From NCBI GenBank assembly GCA_028534125.1, contig CM052816.1:58406001-58470000 (forward strand): 64,000 bases of DNA, read 5' to 3'. A model generated the notes under the pieces. The model saw only the letters and a program-made list of their open reading frames with translations, had not been told where the DNA came from and ran no database searches. Of this stretch, positions 53,401 through 62,400 are shown piece after piece. This stretch comes from Lama glama. Taxonomy: Eukaryota. Within the stretch, counting starts at the first letter, position 1. The number at the start of each line of letters is the position of its first letter. The position numbers and the translations under genes were made by a program.

Positions 53401-56400
53401 TAACAATACTATACATTTTAAAAACTTGTTAGGTGAGTAGGTTTCATGTTATGTGTTTTTTACCGCAAGTAAAAACAAACCAAAAAAATTCAAACAAATA
53501 AAAAAAAACCCTCAGCAGGATACATCACAAACTGCTGAAAATCAAAGAGAAAATGATAAACCCATGCAAACACCAACCACAAGAAAGCTGCAGTGGCAAA
53601 GTCGGCATCAGAACAAAGAGCAATACTAGAATAATATCACACAAATGATAAAACGGTGATTTCACCAAGAAGACAGAACAATCCTAGGTATGTATGCACT
53701 TAACAAGAAAGTTTCAAAAGACATGAAGAAAAACAAACAGAACGATATAGAGAAATAAGCAAATTCACAATTACAGTTGGAGATGTCACACTCCTCCTTC
53801 AGTAACTTATAAAAGATGTAGACAAAATCAGTAAAGATATAGAAAATACCTTGATGAAAGAATAGGGTCAATTCTTTTCTCAACATTTTCACTGGAGGAT
53901 AAACCCACAATGTCGTCTATGTTCTGTACAGACGGAAGTGTCTGCTCCTTATTGCCTTCATCTTCATTTATCTCAGGACTTAAAGATAGGCATTTATCTA
54001 TTAACATAAAATGCACATTATTATAAAAATGATAGCAAAAACATTTTTTAAAGCACAAAGGAATTTACATATAACACTGGAATGTAATGCAGTGATTAAG
54101 AAATTGTCCCAAAGTCCAAAGTCTTAATAACTGAGCTATTCTGCTTTATATGTAATGTTTTTAATAGTAAGCCACAAAAGAGCATTATGATACCTATAAA
54201 TCACACTATGTTACCTATCAGGACTCACTTATTAAAATCTTACTGGTGAAGCTGAACTACATAAAATTTAAATTCTACAGAAAGGTTGTTCTGGTCTGCT
54301 ACTACCTTTTCTCCTCTCTTTTCTTGGTTATCTGCTTAAAATAATATACATCAACTCATAAAGAAAGAGACTAAGATTTCTCTAAACTCTAAGCCCTCAT
54401 TCACTAGTAACTCTTTAGTGTCAAAAATGCCTGCATTCTAGGGAGTTTAAAGAAAGACAAATGAGAGGAATACTTATTCTGGTAGCTCTTTTATAGAAAT
54501 TAAACAACTTATTGTGGGTTCATAAAGGTGCTCTATAGAGGTAGATCATGAAACCCTGTGCTTTATTAACAGACATAATATATATTTACTACACATATAT
54601 GTGACTTAGAATCATCATTAATGGGAGTAAATAGGAGGTAACATATCTTAAAGACAAACTTTAGAGAAAAATCTCCCCATTTCACTTTTGTTTTTTAACA
54701 ATAAATTTTTTTTTCCTTTAAACGAAAAATAAAAGGGTTTAACACAGGACCAAGAATACAGAATGAACTAATAAGCATTATTAGTTGCTACCATCCAGGA
54801 GGAAAATATTTCAGTTATACATCATATTAGTGTACATGTCTTCACAAGTAATATAGGGGCTATTAAAATACATAATAAACTTACTTTTGTGTTTTTCTCC
54901 TTTAGAAGAGCCTGGCTGAATAGTGGCATTTCCTGAAAGATGTTTTACTTGTTTACCACCTTCATCCTGATTCTTTCTCCTCTTTTTCTTTTGATTTAGG
55001 TCTTGTTTTAATGTCATCTGTTCTGAATTCTGTCCTGATAAAGTCAGAGACTGTTGTTCTTCTTCAACTGTCTGAGTATCCTTTTGAGATCCTCCTGTGT
55101 CTGAAACTTTAGTGCTCACAGACTCATCCGGATCATTGTTCACTCTTTCACTGGCAACTTTTTTCACTGAAAATAAGAGAAATTGTTATAAAAACAACCT
55201 GCAGAAAAATTCTTAAAGGTGGGCAAGACAAATATTTAGCAATGTCTGAGCAAAGATTTGAAGACAACCTAAAGTGTGCAATAGAGGATGACTGAATAAG
55301 TTATAATAAATTTATACTATAAAAATCCATGCAGTAAATAATAATGAGGTTATATGTAACAGTGTAAAAGATCTCAGAAAATACTGTTGCATAAAAAAAT
55401 CAAGTTGCAGAACAATGTGCATAGTATGATCTCTTTTTTATTTAAGAAAAACAATTACATGTACTTTAAGACACATACATAGGCACAGAAGAGTTTACCA
55501 ATAATTATACCTAAGAAATCTAAAGAATTTGATTTGAGGGCAGGGTAGGAAAGAGAGTTTGAAAATTTTCTGTATCATTTGTTTTTTAATGAACAATCTT
55601 ATTAACAAATATTTTTAAGCAATTTCTAGTGCCTTTCCTTGAAGGGATACTAACAGTTAAGTGTATCAAAAGATGAAAGTAATAAATTACTTCTAGAAAA
55701 ACAAAAAAGAGTATCCAAACCAAAAACAAACTTTACAACAACAGTACATCAGACATGGTCTCTAAAATTAACTAACCTTAAAAAATAATAAAATTCAATG
55801 TTATTTACTTTTATTCAAGAAAAGTCAAAATAAAATTTTAAAACTAAAAAAAAAATACTGGATTTATTCTTTATCAGAATAATAATCAGCAATTTTTAAA
55901 CTCTGAAACTTATAATAAAATACCTGAAAGGTTCTCACATTAAATAAGATACAGTGACTTACTTATGCTATTACCCATTAACATAATAATCATACAATTA
56001 CTGACAGATTAATATAATTTAAATTTCTTAGGGTTACATATAGTAAGCAAAAAAAAAATTTCTACACAGAAATAACTTTGAAGTTAGTACTACTTTTAAA
56101 AAGATAGAGGCACTGTGCTCTAGAAGAAGTTCTAGACTGGCTCTGTACAGAAAGGACTTAACATAGCAGGCCTCACTGCTCTCCTTTGAAGTGCCTGCTT
56201 AAAAGGTTGGCTCTTGGACTGTGTCTGAGAACTTGGGTTTGGGGAGAGTTCCCACTAGCCTGACAAAAGTGGCTCACTAAACCTAAACTGTTAGTACAAC
56301 TACTGAACAACTGCTTTTCTTCTGGGAATTTTTAATTCTGGTACACACCAGGCAGAAGGTGTCTACATATGTTACCAGCCTCCAACAAAAACCCTGGGTG

Positions 56401-59400
56401 ATGAGTTTCTAACAAGTTTCCTTGGTAGACAGTTTTTTACATATCTCATCACTACTTGTTGCTGGAGAACTAAGCACAACCTGTATGACTCTACTGGGAC
56501 AGGATTCTTAGAAGCTTGCAACTGTTTTCCCTAGACTTTGACCTATGCGCCTTTTCCCTTTGCTGATTTTGCTCTGTATCCTCTCCTTACAATAAATCTC
56601 AGCTGTTAGTACAACTATATGCTGAATCCTGTGAATCTTAGCAAATAATCGAACCTGGGGGTGGTCTTGGGGTCCTCCAACACAGGCTCTCACAGTCCTA
56701 GGCTGAGTCCTGCCTCTGTCACCACTAACACTGTGAGACTTTGGGGAAAAAAATGACTTAGGATCTCTGAGGCTATTTCTGAGTCATTAAAACAAAAGGA
56801 AAGGGGCTGGGATGTATAACTAATACATAAGGTTTCCTGTAGTTCCAAGATTCTTTAAATTATGTGGTTATAGCTAAACATTACCCTCATAGGTCAGAGT
56901 TCAAATAGTTAAGAAAATAAAAGCCTAAAAATAGGAACACCCACATATAAGAATTTCCTACCTGGTACAAGTCAATATTAACCCTCAGAAATAAACTGTG
57001 CTCGCTCAAACAATACAGTTTAGTTACAGGCCTGAAATATTAGAGTTCAATCTTTTTTTTAATACCAGACTTTTGTCTCAGATTTGTTTTATAGAGGAAA
57101 ATGACAGTAAGTAACCACACATGACATCCCAAAATTCTGATGCTCCTTTACTAGCTACAACTATGTCCTAGATGCAAGAAAGATGTCAAATAGCCCAGTC
57201 ATGCCAATTACAAAATTTAAAAGGGAGTTGCTGTTTGGGGCCAGATGACTGGGAGACCGAAGAAACATGAATTCCCTCCAGTTGGATGCCCTGATGATCT
57301 CAACTACCTGAACTAGATATGAATGCTCTACGATTTGAGGGACAATATTGCAAGTCTATTACTATTAAGTAAAATAAAACACTTTCTTTTAAATAAATAC
57401 CTTTTACATTTTTCCGTGATTTAGAGGACTTTTTCTCCTTTAAACTCTGATTTTTAACAGATTTTTGTTTTCTTTTCTCTTCTTCAGCAAGAACTTTCTG
57501 AAGCAAATGAGCAAAAAAATCGAAGTCAAAAGGGCGCTTTTCCTCTGTTTAAAAAAAAGAGAGAACCTTCAAGTTTTCATTTAAAAAAATAAAAATAACT
57601 TAAATTTTTTTTCCTTAGGTATCATAACATCAAAAGCAAAAGGGCTTATTAGCAGAATAGATAAACAACGCTAATCACTGTAGTATAGTCATAACAGAAT
57701 ACCACTGAGCAATAAAAAGTAATACATTAGTTAAAAAAAAGCAACTACTGATATAAGCAATAATACAGGTGAATCTCACAAATAAGCTGAATGAAAGAAG
57801 CTAAACACTAAAAAGCACATACTATTTGATTCTATGAGTAAGATGTTCTAGAACAAGCTAAACTAATCTATCTATGATGACTCAAATGAAAACAGTGGTT
57901 GTCTGGGTCGGGATTAGCGGTGGAGACTGATGAGAAAGGGAAACAAGTGGCCATTCTGGAGTGATGAAAATGTCCCCCCCAAAAAAAACTTTAATGAAAA
58001 AGAATAAGAAAATGAATATATGTATATATATGCATGATTGGGACACTGTGCTGTACACCAGAAATTGACACTTTGTAACTGACTGTACTTCAATAAAAAA
58101 TTAAATTAAATTAAAAAAAAAAGTCCCATGTCTTGTTTTATGTGGTGGTTACACAGGTGTATTCTTCACCAAAATTCAAACTACAAATTACACTGTGCAT
58201 AAATTGTAAATACACTTTTTTAAAAAGCTAGGATGACTAAGAAGTCCTCAAAAACCTATCCATCACTTTATGTCCTCACTTAATTACAACCCTTTCACTA
58301 TTAACTATGCTCTTTCAAATATTAGCAAAGAGGGAAGTTAATGAGTATTGGTCAGGCCCACTCTCACTAAATACCCACTAACAGTATTATATCAGAAAGA
58401 GTAATCCATGAACAAACCAGAATGAATCCACTCCAGAAGTCAAATCCTTGCCTAAGCTCTACGTATACAAACAGTGAATGCAGACAAAGTGGTGCTCTAT
58501 ATATGTAAGCCCCAAGATTGTTTGGATTACAAGATAAGACAGCCTTAGAAAACAAGGTATATACCAGATTCAGAAAACTAAGCCCAAACCTGAAATTCTT
58601 GAAAGCCCTGTTTTATCATGGACCCAGCTTTTATCTGTTCTGACCGTCCACAAGAATGATTCTGAAAAACAGCACTCAATCCATAAAGATTCTCAGAAAA
58701 ATTCAAGATATAAATTCCAAGAAACATCATTAGGGTTTTTTTTTTCTTAACAACTTCCACTATAAAACACTGAACAGTGAATTTTAAAGATTCTATTATA
58801 ATGGTCTTAACAATGGCTCCACACCCCATAAAGACTGTTTATAGATTTATGGATTCTTTTCTTATTATAATGCATTAAACATAATGAAAAGTTTTAGGAC
58901 CACTTCTCCAAAATGGAAAGGGTTCAGGACTACAGTACTTCAGAGCTTCCAGGAGCCATTCCTGGAAATGGTTTTTCTGAGAACACAATACCACATTGAT
59001 ATGGGATGGGGTCCACTTATCTACCTTTGTGTCTACGCATAAAATAAATGTACCTGCTACACAATCTAAGTACCTCTCTTTAGAATTTTTTTCTAAGATC
59101 AGGACTGACTACAGCAAATGAAAAGTGAATATGTTTATTAATCATAAAATGTTAGTAATTATCTTCCAAACAAAGAACACAGGAACTACTTTAAACAGTA
59201 CATTTAATTCTGTTTTTCTTTACAGATCCCTTGATGTCCTTCTCTGGACTTTAAAAAAAAAAAAGCAATGTTAATTTGAATGAGGCTATTAGTTAAAGGT
59301 GAAAAGCTATACTTCATTACTTCAATCCATAAATTCCTTCAGATCTAAATTCAAATGTCATCTCTTCAGACAGAACTTCCCTGAACACCCAATCTAAATA

Positions 59401-62400
59401 TCCACACACCAACTCCTACTTTCTGCTTCTTCTTAGAAATTAACCACTATCTGAAATTATCCTGAAATTATATTCTTTCTCCACCCAATTAGACTTAAGG
59501 CTCTAAAAGCAGTATTCTCATCTGCACTGTTCCCCATTATATCCTCAATGCCCGCAACAGTGACTAGCACACAGCAGGTGGTCTGTATTATTGACTGAGT
59601 GACAGACTGACCACGGTAAGGAATCATCTATAGTATAATATCTTCCAGAAACAATTAACTTTTTCAAAACAGTTCTCCCAGAACAAAGAGAGCTTAGAAG
59701 TGGTATCTTCAGTCCCTCTATAATTTCCTGGACTCAGACCTCTGCTTACTTCCTTCTTGATGTTTCAGCTACTTCTTTACCTACAGATCTGTATCAAGTG
59801 CCAGATTTGAACTGATAAAGAGAAAAACTTCCAGTCCTACTCATCCCATGACAATATAAGGATAAAACAAATCTAAAACACACTGGAACCAAAGACAAAA
59901 CATTGGTCATTTTGGGGGCTCTCCAAATGATATGTTATAAAAGAAGTCTTAATACTTACGGAATGCTTTGTCTATTCTCCATCCATTTGTTTTCTCCTCT
60001 CGTTTAAATTTATTCTGTTAACAAAAGAAAACAAAAAACCTATGGTAATCTTCTCCCATGTAACAAGTGAAAATTATGTTAAAAAAAATATCAAAATGAA
60101 ATTCTTTTAATAACATATGATTCTCTAATAAATAACATATCTTTGCTAACAGGTGAGTTACTTAAACCTTAAGCTTTTTAAAAATAGAGATGAAAGATTT
60201 ATATGAGCTCTCTGATTCTCCTTATGATCAACAGCATGAATCAGCAATGGAAGCTAGATTTACAGGACAGGAAAAAAAATAAAGTCAACTAGTGTAGAAA
60301 CAGATCAAATTGTAATCAATTAAACTAAGCAGTATTAACTCTTTAAAAACTAGTATATTTGTATCATATTAAACCTCTTACACTATGATTTTAATATGTT
60401 TTTAATGGCATGGAGGGGAGACGGTAAAGAAACAAGCAAAATTTTGAAGCAGGCCAAGTTAATCTTAAGAATCTTCTTGATATTAAGGAACACCTTCTTA
60501 TGCTTTTCTGAGGACCAAAGAGTCCATTTCACTCCAGATTATCTCCTTTAAGATAGAAATGGTAAAGGTTTAAGGCTCAATGCATTCTAAGGACATTAGA
60601 AAGTCTGAGGGAATATACATACACATACACATCCTAGGAGACGGAACAATCAACCAGTCTCTCCTTTCTTATCAGTTGCCTAAAAGCTTTCATTAAAAAT
60701 ACAAAAATCAAACATTTTATTGAGAAAAAAAGAGTGACATCACACAAAGTAACTGCTTCATGGCCCCCCTCTTCCTTCCAAAAGAACCTAAGCACTAAAC
60801 TGACTTTTAAAGCAATAACTTTCTTGCATCCTCTTACTGCTTATCATTCAAGGGTAACTCCTTAAGCTCTGTAGTTTAGCCTTGCTTATTATTTTAAAGC
60901 TTCATATGACTAACATCTTTCAATTTACAGATTACCCCTCTTTTTCACTCCTAAGTTCTTTTTTTGTTCGTTTTGTATTGGGGGGAGGGGGCATGGAGAT
61001 AATTAGATTTATTTATTTTTACAGGAGGTACTGGGGATTAAACCCAAGACCTTGTGTATGCTGAGCATGCACTTTGCCATCTGAGCTATACCCTCCCCCT
61101 CCTCTTTTTCTTTCCTTATCTTTCTTCATAATACTTGTTACCAAGTAATACAGAAGTTTTCAAGGATGATCATCTTTCTCCCTTAAGAAATCATATTATT
61201 CTTTAAACAGTTCCTCAAAAGTTAACAAAAGTCACCTCCAAAAAAGTGATAGGCTACAATCACTAAATTAAACATCCTAAGAGAAATGCCAATAGGCTTT
61301 AGGCATTATTCAATTCTAAAACATGGCTACATCATATTTTACCTAATTGGGAAAAGAATTTAGAAAATGTAAAACTTTTATGAAGAATGTATTGGTATTA
61401 GTTATTGAATTCATGGACAGGAACCACTGTAGGCCAAATTCCACGATCATAAAATAAATCAAATAATTTCAACCTCTGGTCCTGACAAAGTATCTGGTTA
61501 TGGGCTTATTCCACACATCCAATCTACCATAAATAACTTTAACACTGAACAAAATAAATGCATCAATTATTTTCAAGCATTGGACAATAGGCAGAGCAAG
61601 ACTACAATCCTAAAACCCCAGATAGAAAGGAAACAAAAGATGTACCAATGTTCACCCTTCTTTCTGCTTGGGGTAAATTTCCTAACCAATGAAGGAGAGA
61701 TAAAGACCAGTTAGAGCACAGAGATCCCACTGAGCTGAGGAAGTCGAGAATCTTTAGGGGCAGGGTTCCACAGAGAAGAGAGCTATTTAAAGAAAAGCCT
61801 CACAAGCCTGGCAGAAGTATCCCATAGGTTATTGGTCTACATCTGGGTTGCATATGCCCAGAGCATAAGGCGTGGAGAATTACTACTACAGGGACGGGAA
61901 CAGAAAGAAGATACTAGAAGTCACATAACATAGTGAGATGACAGGGTTCTAGTCCACATGAATGGAAAAACTTTGATAACACTGAGACATTCACTTCAGA
62001 CCAGAACCACCACCACTTAAAGACAGGGATGACAGCCTAAAGCAGCCTTTCTCAATCGAAGTTCTAGCATGAGAATTAAGCCCTAATGCCCTAAGGCATC
62101 TACTCCATGTAATAAATTACCTTCTTTTCCTATGCACCTACAGTGGGACTAATATGACCATCCTTGGAGAAATTAGAAAACAGTAACTGAAATTATTTTC
62201 TATAGTTCAGATGAGAAACCTAGAGTAAAGATCAATCTTAATAAAGAGTAAAACTAAGCCTTGACACGAATAAGGAGAGTTGACAATATATCAGCTGCCT
62301 TCTAGAACTAAACTCAACCCTCTTTAAGGGAAAAACAAGCAAGCAAACATAATCTAGATATTGTGCAACATATCAGCCACAATGTCCAGCATGCAATAAA